Source: an uncultured Gammaproteobacteria bacterium (lineage in GTDB: Bacteria > Patescibacteriota > Microgenomatia > CAZETR01 > Amesbacteraceae). Taken from it: a stretch of DNA of 64,000 bases. The stretch covers positions 41,336 to 105,335 of the forward strand of contig CAYITQ010000001.1 of the NCBI GenBank assembly GCA_964366335.1, read 5' to 3'. Of the stretch, positions 54,152 through 63,938 are shown piece by piece. The notes under the pieces are model-generated. The model saw only the letters and a program-made list of their open reading frames with translations. It was not told the origin of the DNA and did no database searches. Both the position numbers and the translations under genes were made by a program. Within the stretch, counting starts at the first letter, position 1, and the number at the start of each line of letters is the position of its first letter.

Positions 54152-55914
54152 AAATACTTTTTCCACCACAATTCCAACATCAGCAATTTCCAAAGTTGGG
54201 GCCCAAAATCATTTTTTTCACTGTGTTTGTCCAACATTTCTGCAATCTGATCTTTTGGATAAATATTGTTGATATGGGATTTTTTGTCCAATAAAATGGA
54301 TCTGGCATATGAATTTAATTCTTGGGAAAACCATTTGGCCAGGGGAATACTAAAGCCCATTTTTGGCCGGTGCAGGATTTCTTTGGGAAGTATATCTTCC
54401 AGCGATTTTTTGAAAATGTATTTTGCTTGCCCATTTTTTACCTTTAAATTAAAGGGAATTTGGGCAGCCAACTCCACCATTTTGTGATCCAAAAGCGGTG
54501 ACCGGCATTCGAGAGCCACTTTCATACTGGCCAAATCTACTTTGGTTAGTAAATCATCCGGCAAATAATATTTAAAATCAACAGACAGGATTTTGTCTCT
54601 GATATCTGTGGCTTTTGCATTTTGATAGGCGTTTCTGTAAATATCTTTTGGATCTGCAAAATTAAAATGAGTTTTATATTCAAAATATTTTTCCAATACG
54701 CCAGGGTGAAGACTTTTTAAATATTTGCCCATAGGGAAATATTTTGCCAACGGAGATAATAAATAGTCTCGCTGAAGCTTGAGATGATGCGAATAGCCAG
54801 TAAAGTTTTCGTCTCCGCCATCTCCATTTAAAATAACCGTTACATACTGTCTGGCCAGCCTGCTGACTAGGTAAGTAACTAAGGCACTGCTGTCGCCATA
54901 CGGCTCTTCAAATTGTTCGGCCAGCTGGGGCAAAATATCCACCGACCCGGGTTTTACCTGTAAAATCGTGTGTTGGGTATGAAAGATATTTGCAACTATT
55001 TGGGCATATTCGGATTCGTCATATTGGCTTTCAGAAAAACCGATGGTAAAAGTCTTAACCGGTTTGGCAGACAGTTTTGCCATCGTGGCCACGATACTAC
55101 TGGAGTCGACTCCACCCGATAAAAACGCGCCGACGGGCACGTCTGAAATCATCCGCAATTTGGTGGATTCTTCCAAAGTTTGTAATATTTTTGTTTTCCA
55201 CTCTTGTTCTGATAGCTCAAGTTTTTTAGTAAAATCGATTTCCCAGTAACAATGTTTATTTAAAGTTTTGTGTTTTAGGTCTAAGGTCAAATAGTGTCCG
55301 GGTTCCAATTTGTAGATATTTTTAAAACCCGTTTGCGGAGCAGGGACATAACCATAGGCCAAATAGGTTTCCAGGACAGCGGTATCCGGCTCCGCTTTTA
55401 TTTCCGGCAAGGCCAGCAAGGCTTTAAGTTCTGACGCGAAAGCAAAAATTTCCGGGCTGAAAAAGTACTTGAGCGGTTTTTTACCCACCCGGTCGCGGGC
55501 CAGGAAAACTGTTTGTTTTTGCATATCGTAGATCGCAAAGGCAAACATGCCCCGCAAATGTTCTACACATTTGACTCCCCATTTATCATATAAAGCCAGA
55601 ATTACCTCTGTATCGGACTCAGATCTAAATTTATAACCGTATTTTTCCAATTTTTTCCGTTCTTCTCCAAAGTTATAGATCTCACCATTAAAGGTGATCC
55701 AGCATTTGTTTAGATAATTCATGGGCTGATGCCCTGCCGCTGATAAGTCAATAATTGCCAAGCGGCGGTGAACCAATCCCACTTTTTTGTCCGGGGAAAT
55801 GTATATTCCCCGGTCATCTGGGCCGCGGTGGGTGATTTTATCTGACATTAAAGCCAAATCTCTTTGATCAATTTCTCCAGATTTAAGATAAACTTTACCA
55901 GCAATTCCACACAT
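54145..55914 (-). CDS. asnB: asparagine synthase (glutamine-hydrolysing) family amidotransferase
   Basis: N-terminal MCGIAG (Ntn Cys2). RLAIIDLS. SGGVDSS PP-loop. 589 aa. Overlaps the convergent plus-strand gene by 7 nt. TATAAT 11 nt upstream of the start on the minus strand. Confidence 0.9.
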   Translation of the reverse strand: MCGIAGKVYLKSGEIDQRDLALMSDKITHRGPDDRGIYISPDKKVGLVHRRLAIIDLSAAGHQPMNYLNKCWITFNGEIYNFGEERKKLEKYGYKFRSESDTEVILALYDKWGVKCVEHLRGMFAFAIYDMQKQTVFLARDRVGKKPLKYFFSPEIFAFASELKALLALPEIKAEPDTAVLETYLAYGYVPAPQTGFKNIYKLEPGHYLTLDLKHKTLNKHCYWEIDFTKKLELSEQEWKTKILQTLEESTKLRMISDVPVGAFLSGGVDSSSIVATMAKLSAKPVKTFTIGFSESQYDESEYAQIVANIFHTQHTILQVKPGSVDILPQLAEQFEEPYGDSSALVTYLVSRLARQYVTVILNGDGGDENFTGYSHHLKLQRDYLLSPLAKYFPMGKYLKSLHPGVLEKYFEYKTHFNFADPKDIYRNAYQNAKATDIRDKILSVDFKYYLPDDLLTKVDLASMKVALECRSPLLDHKMVELAAQIPFNLKVKNGQAKYIFKKSLEDILPKEILHRPKMGFSIPLAKWFSQELNSYARSILLDKKSHINNIYPKDQIAEMLDKHSEKNDFGPQLWKLLMLELWWKKYFQ

Positions 55915-55958
55915 ATTTATTGATTATTATATACTTAAAAGTGAGTTCCTGTGAATGA

Positions 55959-56654
55959 TTAGTTTATCGAATATTTAAATAAGCACCAGAGAGTAATCAG
56001 GCCGTCTTTCCAAGTAATTTTTTTACCTTCAGCGTAGCTCCGGCCAGAATAGCCTATTCCCACTTCATAAATCCGAGAGCCCATTTTGGCTACCTTGATA
56101 CTAAATTCCGGTTCAAAACCAAATCTAGATTCTTTCAAATACAGTTTCTTGGCTACTTCTTTAGTAAAAACCTTGTAGCAAGTTTCCATATCTGTCAGAT
56201 TTAGATTAGTGAGAATATTGGCAATAAGTGTCAAAAACTGGTTTCCTAACATATGCCAGAAATAAAGGACCCGATGAGCACCGTTGCCCATAAATCTTGA
56301 ACCATATACTACATCTGCTTTATTATCTAGGATTGGCTTGATTAATCTAACATATTCTGTTGGGTCATATTCCAAATCTGCGTCCTGAATGACAAAAATG
56401 TTCCCCTTAGCTATTTTCAGTCCGTCTCTGATCGCTGCTCCCTTCCCCTCATTTATTGTCTTATTGATGACACGGATACGATCAGATTTAACGGATTTGA
56501 TTTTTATTAATGTCTTATCGGAGGAGCCATCATTTACAACGATTATTTCTTTGCCTGAAATGCCTGTCTTTGCTTGTAATACCCGTTGGATTGCCTGCCG
56601 GACAGTCCTTTCCTCGTTGTAGGCTGGTATAATAACGGTTAGTGAATATTTCAT
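55959..56654 (-). CDS. family 2 glycosyltransferase (DPM1/GtrB-like)
   Basis: LTVIIPAYNEERTVRQAIQRV...IIVVNDGSSDKT...QDADLEYDP. Confidence 0.8.
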   Translation of the reverse strand: MKYSLTVIIPAYNEERTVRQAIQRVLQAKTGISGKEIIVVNDGSSDKTLIKIKSVKSDRIRVINKTINEGKGAAIRDGLKIAKGNIFVIQDADLEYDPTEYVRLIKPILDNKADVVYGSRFMGNGAHRVLYFWHMLGNQFLTLIANILTNLNLTDMETCYKVFTKEVAKKLYLKESRFGFEPEFSIKVAKMGSRIYEVGIGYSGRSYAEGKKITWKDGLITLWCLFKYSIN

Positions 56655-57529
56655 TTTTGTGCGAGAATTATAACAAAATATCCAGAGGAGCGGAGACTTT
56701 CGTGGGTGAACTATCCAAAAAACTAATTTCCCTAGGTCACGAAGTCACGATATACAAGAATATATTTGGTGGAATAAATAAAAACACTAACGTTCTGATT
56801 TCAACCAATGGCCGCCTCGATGCAATATTAGCTAGGTTCTGGTGCATGTTCCACGGTAAGAAACTTATTATTCCCGGCCAGTCCGGTTTTGGCTGGGATG
56901 ACAAACTAAATCTCTGGGTGTTTCCTGATGTCTTTGTAGGCTTAACTCAATATCAATGTGATTGGGCTCACAAAATAAATCCCTATGTAAAGGTGGTAAA
57001 AATTCCAAATGGTGTGGATCTGGATAAATTTAATCCAAAAAATAAACCTCTAAAAATTGATAAACCTAAACCAGTTATTTTATGCGTTGGGGCGGTTAAG
57101 ACTTCAAAAATCGGAGAAATTTCCAAAAGACAGAAATTATTAATAAGTGCTACAAAGACTATCACAGCTTCTGTGTTATTGGTAGGAATTGGTGGAGATG
57201 TGGAATATAAACATGACGAGATGCCAAGTGTCTATACTGCGTGTGATTTGTTTTCGTATCCTACGTCAGAAAGAGAATCATTCGGTATTGCCATGCTGGA
57301 AGCCATGGCTTCGGGACTGCCGGTCGTAACTACAAACGATCCAATCCGACGTGAGATAGTAGGGGATGCAGGACTGTTTGTAGATCCTACTGATACGGCA
57401 AAATATACACAAGCCTTAGATAGAGCCTTGTTAATTAAATGGGGTGACAAACCCCGGTTACAAGCCGAAAAGTTCTCATGGGATAAAATAGCAAAGCTTT
57501 ATGAAGATATCTGTAACAATAATATCTAG
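56642..57529 (+). CDS. family 4 glycosyltransferase (GT4)
   Basis: ESFGIAMLEAMASGLPVVTTNDPIRREIV GT4 signature. GTG start at 56642 overlaps the first codons of the divergent GT2 (start CAT 56652-56654). The true start may be a little downstream. Confidence 0.65.
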   Translation: MNISFLCENYNKISRGAETFVGELSKKLISLGHEVTIYKNIFGGINKNTNVLISTNGRLDAILARFWCMFHGKKLIIPGQSGFGWDDKLNLWVFPDVFVGLTQYQCDWAHKINPYVKVVKIPNGVDLDKFNPKNKPLKIDKPKPVILCVGAVKTSKIGEISKRQKLLISATKTITASVLLVGIGGDVEYKHDEMPSVYTACDLFSYPTSERESFGIAMLEAMASGLPVVTTNDPIRREIVGDAGLFVDPTDTAKYTQALDRALLIKWGDKPRLQAEKFSWDKIAKLYEDICNNNI

Positions 57530-58148
57530 AGATAAAAATAAAATATTGCCACAATGTTTTGCGACGGCCGGACAAGTGTCTGATGATGTGGTTATCGTTG
57601 ATAATACAGATCATAAATTTGTAAATTATTCGGATCAAAAAAATTATGCAGCTGCTCTTTGTAAACATGATTGGATACTATCTCTGGATGATGATGAGTG
57701 GCTGTCTCCCGAACTTATCGATGAACTACAAACTATAAACGATGAACAATATACTGCCTATAAAATCCCAAGACTTAATTATATTTTTGGCAAAGCCATT
57801 TATCATACCAATTGGGGACCCGATGTGGATAGACATGTCTGGTTATACGACAGAAAAAGTTGTGAGTGGGTGGGTAGTGTGCATGAAGAAATTAAAACAA
57901 AAAGGAAGATTGGTCGACTCAAGGGTTTCAAGATTCACCAAAACTATACAACAGTTGAACAGTTTATGAATAAATTAAATGACTACACATCACGCGAGAC
58001 AACAGCCGTCAATCCTGCTTTTGATTTTATTCGCCGGTATATTTGGCACAGAGGATTTCTGGATGGTTGGCATGGATTGTTTTTGAGTTATTTGATGATG
58101 ATCTATCATATTGTGGTATGGGTAAAGAAAAAGTCCTCATCGTCTTAA
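57501..58148 (+). CDS. short GT2-like glycosyltransferase (KdtX/WaaE-like C-terminus)
   Basis: MKISVTIISRDK...VVIVDNTD...LDDDE. C-terminal RRYIWHRGFLDGWHGLFLSY parallels the tail of 17632-18429. Confidence 0.6.
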   Translation: MKISVTIISRDKNKILPQCFATAGQVSDDVVIVDNTDHKFVNYSDQKNYAAALCKHDWILSLDDDEWLSPELIDELQTINDEQYTAYKIPRLNYIFGKAIYHTNWGPDVDRHVWLYDRKSCEWVGSVHEEIKTKRKIGRLKGFKIHQNYTTVEQFMNKLNDYTSRETTAVNPAFDFIRRYIWHRGFLDGWHGLFLSYLMMIYHIVVWVKKKSSSS

Positions 58149-59416
58149 TTTTAATATTGGGACTAGGGTTAAGACTCGTAAACTTAAACCAGAGTTTGTG
58201 GCTAGATGAAGCGGCACAAGCTGTAATGTCTGAAAAGAGTGTAGATGAAATATGGTCTGCACGTCAAGCTGATTTTCACCCACCCTTATTTTATATCCTG
58301 GCTCATTATTGGATACAGGTCAATCGTTTGGAAATATGGTTACGATTATTACCAGTAATGTTTGGGGTAATTTCGATCGGATTAATATATTTATTAGCCG
58401 GAAGAAATAAGTTTGGACTACTCTCTGCATTTTTTCTGGCCATCAATCCCTATCACATTTATTATTCACAAGAATTTAGGAGTTACTCTATGCTCGCGAT
58501 GCTTGGTTTGCTTTCCATGCTTTTTCTGAAACAGAAAAAATATATATTTATGGCGGTCACCAATACCTTGATTTTGTACACTCATTATTCAGGTATGTTT
58601 CTGATTTTAGCTCAAATACTTATTCGCCCTATTACTATTCCCTATTTACTAGTGCCTATTGCCTTATATTCACCTTGGATTCTCAAGTTTGCGGAGCAAC
58701 TCCGGAGCGGAGTAAATATAGATAGCTATTTACCTGGCTGGAGAAATGTCCTGACTCTCTCTCCCGCCAAAGCTATTCCGGAAATAATATTCAAATTTAT
58801 GGCCGGACGGATTAACTTGATGCCTAAATGGATATATGCCATATATATAATTTTTGTATTGGGGGTAACGTCCGCTGGAATATTCCTGAATAGATTGGAA
58901 AGAAAGTTTTTGTGGGTGTGGTTAGGAATACCTATATTGGTTAGTTTTATTTTATCTTTTTGGATTCCTCAAACCCAGCCATTTAGATTACTGTATTGTT
59001 TGCCGGCTCTGATTATGATAATGGCAGGTGCAGCCACCAAATTTCCCAAAACTTTTATCACGCTGATGGTATATATCAGCGTTGTAGGTAATGTATTGTA
59101 TTTCACAAGACCTAGGTTACAGCGTGAGCAGTGGAGACAGGCGATTGATTTTATGCGTATGCAAAATGTTACAGTCGTAGTCAAGTTTTTTGATAAATTT
59201 GCCCCATTTTACTGGTATGATCCCAATTTAAAAGTAGTGACAAGTGACAAAGTAACAAGCGACATGAAGAAGTTTTGGTATATGGAATATCTTACTGGTC
59301 TTACTGACCCTGCCAAATTGACGCAGAAGAAGTTGGAAGCTGGAGGTTGGAAAATAACAGATACTAAAAACTTTGAGGGAGTTGGGTTAATATATAAATA
59401 TGAAAGTCGGAATTGA
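58118..59416 (+). CDS. GT-C fold membrane glycosyltransferase, PMT/ArnT-like (sixth copy)
   Basis: ATG at 58118 (MGKEKVLIVLIL...). LWLDEAAQAVMSEKSVDE DE motif. About 11 TM helices. Confidence 0.7.
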   Translation: MGKEKVLIVLILILGLGLRLVNLNQSLWLDEAAQAVMSEKSVDEIWSARQADFHPPLFYILAHYWIQVNRLEIWLRLLPVMFGVISIGLIYLLAGRNKFGLLSAFFLAINPYHIYYSQEFRSYSMLAMLGLLSMLFLKQKKYIFMAVTNTLILYTHYSGMFLILAQILIRPITIPYLLVPIALYSPWILKFAEQLRSGVNIDSYLPGWRNVLTLSPAKAIPEIIFKFMAGRINLMPKWIYAIYIIFVLGVTSAGIFLNRLERKFLWVWLGIPILVSFILSFWIPQTQPFRLLYCLPALIMIMAGAATKFPKTFITLMVYISVVGNVLYFTRPRLQREQWRQAIDFMRMQNVTVVVKFFDKFAPFYWYDPNLKVVTSDKVTSDMKKFWYMEYLTGLTDPAKLTQKKLEAGGWKITDTKNFEGVGLIYKYESRN

Positions 59417-60335
59417 TATATCATCAATAATTTATGGCACTGGAGTGTCTAATTATACCCAGGAGTTGATTAATAATCTGCAACCATTGGTTGATCTAAA
59501 AACATTTAAATTTTCCAGATATCCACTCATGGCCATGGAATTTTTGTGGAACTGGCTACACATTGTGGACGTAGAGACTTTTACGGGTCCAATCGATATC
59601 TATCATTCGTCAGATTGGATTCAGGGGCCAAGTAATGCTAAAAAAGTGACGACCATTCATGATCTGACTCCTTTTATATATCCAGCTGAGCTGGATCCAA
59701 AAATTGTGGAGGTGCATACTGCCAAGATGAAGTGGGCAGTCAAAGAGTGCGACGCATTTATATGTGTCTCTCAGAATACTGCATCTGATTTGAGAAGACT
59801 ATTTAATATACATCCCGATAAGATTCATGTGATTTATGAAGCCATGTCCACTAGACACAAATTAAGTAAACAAATAACCAAATATTCAAATTACATAATG
59901 GCGGTAGGAGCACGCCAACCTCGCAAAAAGATTGAACACCTGAAGAAAGCCTGTGAAATCGCAGGACTTAAATTGATAGTTGTTGGTGAAGGAAGTGATC
60001 TGGGTTATATCTCAGACCAAGATTATGTCAATTATTTGGCTGGCGCCTCAGCTTTTGTTTATCCTTCTCTTTATGAAGGTTTTGGTCTGCCTATATTAGA
60101 GGCTTTTTATCATAAGACTCCTGTTGCTTGTTCAAATACTTCTTCGTTGCCTGAGGTTGCCGGGGACGCTGCAATATATTTTGATCCGTATAATATTGAG
60201 CAAATGGCCAAAGCCATCACAGAGGCTATTAAAAACAGACAAAAACTAGTTGAGTTGGGGACTAAGCAATTAGCCAAATTCAGCTGGGACAAATGCGCAA
60301 AAGAAACACTTGAAGTTTATAAATCATTAATATGA
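59400..60335 (+). CDS. family 4 glycosyltransferase (GT4)
   Basis: EGFGLPILEAFYHKTPVACSNTSSLPEVAG. ATGA-coupled. Confidence 0.8.
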   Translation: MKVGIDISSIIYGTGVSNYTQELINNLQPLVDLKTFKFSRYPLMAMEFLWNWLHIVDVETFTGPIDIYHSSDWIQGPSNAKKVTTIHDLTPFIYPAELDPKIVEVHTAKMKWAVKECDAFICVSQNTASDLRRLFNIHPDKIHVIYEAMSTRHKLSKQITKYSNYIMAVGARQPRKKIEHLKKACEIAGLKLIVVGEGSDLGYISDQDYVNYLAGASAFVYPSLYEGFGLPILEAFYHKTPVACSNTSSLPEVAGDAAIYFDPYNIEQMAKAITEAIKNRQKLVELGTKQLAKFSWDKCAKETLEVYKSLI

Positions 60336-60946
60336 AATTAAATATTCCATTTATCCAAAACCGGGGGTTTGAGTGCGGACAGACTTGTGTTGCCATGATG
60401 ATTAAATATTATTATCCAGATTTCGAGTCGGATTTCGATGAATTTAATAAAATTGTTGGTCACCAAAAAGGAATGTATACATTTTTATCACAAGAGGTAG
60501 TTTTGCTTGACCATTTTGGATTGAAGGCAATATGTTTCTCCAAAAAAGACTATTTTATTAATGAAGAAGAATTTAGGGTGAATTGGGGAGAGAAGAATTG
60601 GGAAGAACAAAAGAGATATATTGATTTGGAAAATCATGAAAAGTTCAGATCAAAAATGATTGAATTGGGACTTTTTGAAAAAAAAGATCATACGGTTCAA
60701 CAACTATTGGAATACACCGAAAAAGGATTTCTTGTTCAGGTGTGTATTGACTGGAATACACTAGTAGATAAAACGGGGCCATATCAAGGACATTTTGTGG
60801 TAATTTCTGGTATTGAAGGTGAAGATGTTTTGATTCATGATCCGGACGATGTCCCATATGTAAGATATGCGAGAAATAAACTTGAAAAAGCTTTTAAACA
60901 CCCTGTAATCGATGATGATGTTATAGTAGTATTTGGAAAAAAGTAA
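60332..60946 (+). CDS. peptidase C39-like (papain-fold Cys peptidase) domain protein, standalone
   Basis: IQNRGFECGQTCVAMMIKYYY fits the C39 Q-x5-CG-x2-A-x2-M motif (catalytic Cys). Downstream QGHFVVISG...IHDPDD provides the His and Asp. No transporter domain. Confidence 0.5.
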   Translation: MKLNIPFIQNRGFECGQTCVAMMIKYYYPDFESDFDEFNKIVGHQKGMYTFLSQEVVLLDHFGLKAICFSKKDYFINEEEFRVNWGEKNWEEQKRYIDLENHEKFRSKMIELGLFEKKDHTVQQLLEYTEKGFLVQVCIDWNTLVDKTGPYQGHFVVISGIEGEDVLIHDPDDVPYVRYARNKLEKAFKHPVIDDDVIVVFGKK

Positions 60947-60947
60947 T

Positions 60948-61754
60948 ATGTTGTCTGATGCTACAAAGATTGCATTATTTAAAGGAAAAGAGATTAGAAA
61001 ACTGATCTATAAAAATGAGTGGTGGTTTGTTATAGAAGATGTAGTTTTGGCACTTATTGATTCTACTGATTCCAAACAATATATCCAACGAATGAAATTA
61101 CGCGATATGGAATTGGCAAAAGGGTGGGTACAAATTGTACATACCCTTTCTATAAAAACTGCCGGTGGAAATCAACAAATGAATTGTGCTAATACTGAAG
61201 GAATATTTCGTATCATTCAATCAATCCCCTCATCAAAAGCAGAACCATTAAAAAGATGGTTGGCAAAAGTTGGATATGAGAGAATTCAAGAAATAGAGGA
61301 TCCTGAATTGGCCACAAAGCGTACACGAGTATTGTATAAATTAAAGGGATACCGTGGTGATTGGATAGAAAAAAGAATGCGAGGCATAGCAATTCGCGGA
61401 GAACTAACTGACGAGTGGAAGAATAGAGGAGTAAAGCAACAGAGAGAGTATGAGATATTAACAGCAGAGATTTCCAAAGCCACATTTGGAGTAACGCCCA
61501 GTGAATACAAGAAATTAAAGGGACTCAAGAGACAAAACTTACGAGATCATATGGATGATTTTGAATTGATCTTTACAATGCTTGGAGAAAGATCAACAAC
61601 AGAAATTCATCGCACAGAAAATTCCCAGGGCATGAATAAACTCGCAAGAGATGCTAAAGTTGGTGGTGATATTGCAGGGGGAGCTAGGAAAAAGTTGGAA
61701 AAGCGTCTCAAGCGGTCGATTGTTAGTAAAAATAATTATAAAAAATTAGTATGA
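60948..61754 (+). CDS. Bro-N domain protein (DinD / phage antirepressor-like)
   Basis: N-terminal ALFKGKEIRKLIYKNEWWFVIEDVVLAL matches the Bro-N pattern (ir...dge.wF.a.Dva.aLg). About 270 aa with a Lys/Arg-rich C-terminal domain as in DinD-like proteins. ATG at 60948 (the ORF track starts at a TTG at 60933). Confidence 0.5.
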   Translation: MLSDATKIALFKGKEIRKLIYKNEWWFVIEDVVLALIDSTDSKQYIQRMKLRDMELAKGWVQIVHTLSIKTAGGNQQMNCANTEGIFRIIQSIPSSKAEPLKRWLAKVGYERIQEIEDPELATKRTRVLYKLKGYRGDWIEKRMRGIAIRGELTDEWKNRGVKQQREYEILTAEISKATFGVTPSEYKKLKGLKRQNLRDHMDDFELIFTMLGERSTTEIHRTENSQGMNKLARDAKVGGDIAGGARKKLEKRLKRSIVSKNNYKKLV

Positions 61755-62842
61755 TTATCGGAATTGATGCCAATGAAGCCAATCTGACCCAGAATAGAGT
61801 GGGGATAAATGAGTATGCCTACAATTTGCTCTGGGCCCTCTCTCAATTAAAAACTAAGCACCAGTTTGTAATTTATCTTAAAAATCCACCCCAGAAAGAC
61901 TTGCCGGATTTGAATTACAGAGTAATTCCCTTTTTTAAATTGTGGACTCAGACACGTCTCCCCTTAGATCTTTATATCCATAATCCTAGACCAGACGTAT
62001 TTTTCAGCATGACCCACTATGCCCCGAGATTTGCTCCCATGCCGACAGTTGTCTCGATAATGGACCTGGGCTTTTTGTCCACTCCTGATCAATTTACTGC
62101 AAAGGATTTTAATCAATTGAAGAGTTGGACCACTTACTCTATAAAAAATGCCAGCAAAGTCATGGCCATATCAGATTACACCCGTGATGCAATAATCAAA
62201 ATTTATAATAAAAACCCAACTGATGTAATTACTGCTCATTTGGCGTGTAATCCGGCGATAGACGGACCAGTTCACAATAAATCAGTCTTGAAAAAATATG
62301 GTATCTCCAAACCCTATTTTATTTTTGTAGGAAGCTTAAAACCCAGTAAAAATGTAGAGGGGCTAGTCAAAGCCTTTGCCAAACTGGATGAAAATTATAA
62401 TTTAGTAATTGTTGGCAAAAAAGCCTGGCTCTACGCCGGAATATTTGGCCTGGTTAGAAGTTTGAAGTTAGACGAAAGAGTTGTATTTACCGGTTTTGTA
62501 GAAGAATGGGAAAAACAAGTCTTATTGTCTGAAAGTATGGCTTTTGTCCTACCGTCTTTTGTAGAAGGCTTTGGAATTCCCATTTTAGAGGCCATGGTTT
62601 GTCAGACACCTGTGGTGGTCTCAGCCGTGGCCAGTCTGCCCGAAGTAGCAAGTACTGCCGGTATCTATGTACAGCCAGATGACATAGATAGTATTACCGC
62701 CGGAATGCAAAAAGCAGTCACCGACCGCGAAAAATTTGTAAAGTTAGGTCTAGAAAGAGTAAAATCATTCAGTTGGGCCAAATGCGCCCAGGAAACCTTG
62801 GCTGTACTTGAATTATGCTATACGAACAAAACATCAAAATAA
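61751..62842 (+). CDS. family 4 glycosyltransferase (GT4)
   Basis: EGFGIPILEAMVCQTPVVVSAVASLPEVAS. ATGA-coupled. Confidence 0.8.
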   Translation: MIIGIDANEANLTQNRVGINEYAYNLLWALSQLKTKHQFVIYLKNPPQKDLPDLNYRVIPFFKLWTQTRLPLDLYIHNPRPDVFFSMTHYAPRFAPMPTVVSIMDLGFLSTPDQFTAKDFNQLKSWTTYSIKNASKVMAISDYTRDAIIKIYNKNPTDVITAHLACNPAIDGPVHNKSVLKKYGISKPYFIFVGSLKPSKNVEGLVKAFAKLDENYNLVIVGKKAWLYAGIFGLVRSLKLDERVVFTGFVEEWEKQVLLSESMAFVLPSFVEGFGIPILEAMVCQTPVVVSAVASLPEVASTAGIYVQPDDIDSITAGMQKAVTDREKFVKLGLERVKSFSWAKCAQETLAVLELCYTNKTSK

Positions 62843-63456
62843 ACTCAAAAGGAATAGGATTTACCACTAAGGATGGGAAGCCGTTGAATGTAGCTAGTGC
62901 TTTGGGAAAAGCGTGCAGGAGAGTCTTGAATTGGTACTGGGATTTTGAGCTAATGATATTACATTTCGTTTCAGAGCATTGCCCGATTGGACCGGTTCGT
63001 TACGCTTTATTTACCTTATCCGGCTTAAAAATGGGACAAGGATCGACTCTACATATGGGGGTTAGGTTTTTTGATCCCAAGGGTATAAATATTGGCGAAG
63101 ATACAATTGTGGGCTTTGGGACATTTTTGGATGGTAGAAAAGAAATCAAAATCGGAAATCATGTGGATATTGCCTCGGAAGTGATGATATACAATTCGGA
63201 ACATGATTTGGATTCAGAGGAATTTACCGCCCGGGAGGAAGCCGTTGTTATAGGTGACTATGTCTTTATCGGTCCTAGAGCCATTATTATGCCCGGAGTA
63301 AAGATAGGTAAGGGAGCAGTGATTGCGGGTGGAGCGGTAGTAACTAAGGATGTGGATGAGTTTATAGTAGTGGGTGGGATACCAGCTAAAGTAATAGGGG
63401 AGCGGAAAAACAAAAATCCTAAATATCATTTGGGCCGGGCCCGCCTGTTTCAATGA
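62815..63456 (+). CDS. hexapeptide-repeat (left-handed beta-helix) sugar O-acetyltransferase
   Basis: Tandem [LIV]G-x4 hexapeptides: IGEDTIVGFGTF...IGNHVDIASEV...IGDYVFIGPRAIIMPGVKIGKGAVIAGGAVV. Confidence 0.8.
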   Translation: MLYEQNIKINSKGIGFTTKDGKPLNVASALGKACRRVLNWYWDFELMILHFVSEHCPIGPVRYALFTLSGLKMGQGSTLHMGVRFFDPKGINIGEDTIVGFGTFLDGRKEIKIGNHVDIASEVMIYNSEHDLDSEEFTAREEAVVIGDYVFIGPRAIIMPGVKIGKGAVIAGGAVVTKDVDEFIVVGGIPAKVIGERKNKNPKYHLGRARLFQ

Positions 63457-63938
63457 AAATATTTCTGGCCATTATCTGGTTCTTTTGCGCCGCTTACCTT
63501 CTCTATCCTGATAGTAGCTTTCCCCATGATTTACCAAATTCACTAAAGTCTTTTGAGCCGGCAGATACCGAATCACTCAACCGGAAGGCATATTTTACCA
63601 ATATGACCCGTGAGCAAATCATGGATTTTTATAAACGCAATTTTGTAGGTATCTTGAGTTACAGACTAAATTATCCTCCGGAAGAGGCTCAATCTTTGAT
63701 TCGTGATCAAACCCAAAGCAGTTTTTTGGAAGAAATCGTCCATTTTGGCAAGCAGTCTCTGTTTATTAATGGCTTTGTTCCCATCAAACCCACGGAACAG
63801 ATAAATATAAATGGTGTCCATTACACCACCAAAGTTACTGTCCGGTATGTTCCGTCTGAATATATCATCCGTCTGACCACTCTTTTACTTTTGTCACTTG
63901 TTACTTTGTCACTGGTAAAAGCTTATGGAAAAATATAA
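63453..63938 (+). CDS. hypothetical bitopic membrane protein
   Basis: N-terminal TM/signal (IFLAIIWFFCAAYLLY) and C-terminal TM (LTTLLLLSLVTLSLV). ATGA-coupled. Confidence 0.45.
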   Translation: MKIFLAIIWFFCAAYLLYPDSSFPHDLPNSLKSFEPADTESLNRKAYFTNMTREQIMDFYKRNFVGILSYRLNYPPEEAQSLIRDQTQSSFLEEIVHFGKQSLFINGFVPIKPTEQININGVHYTTKVTVRYVPSEYIIRLTTLLLLSLVTLSLVKAYGKI

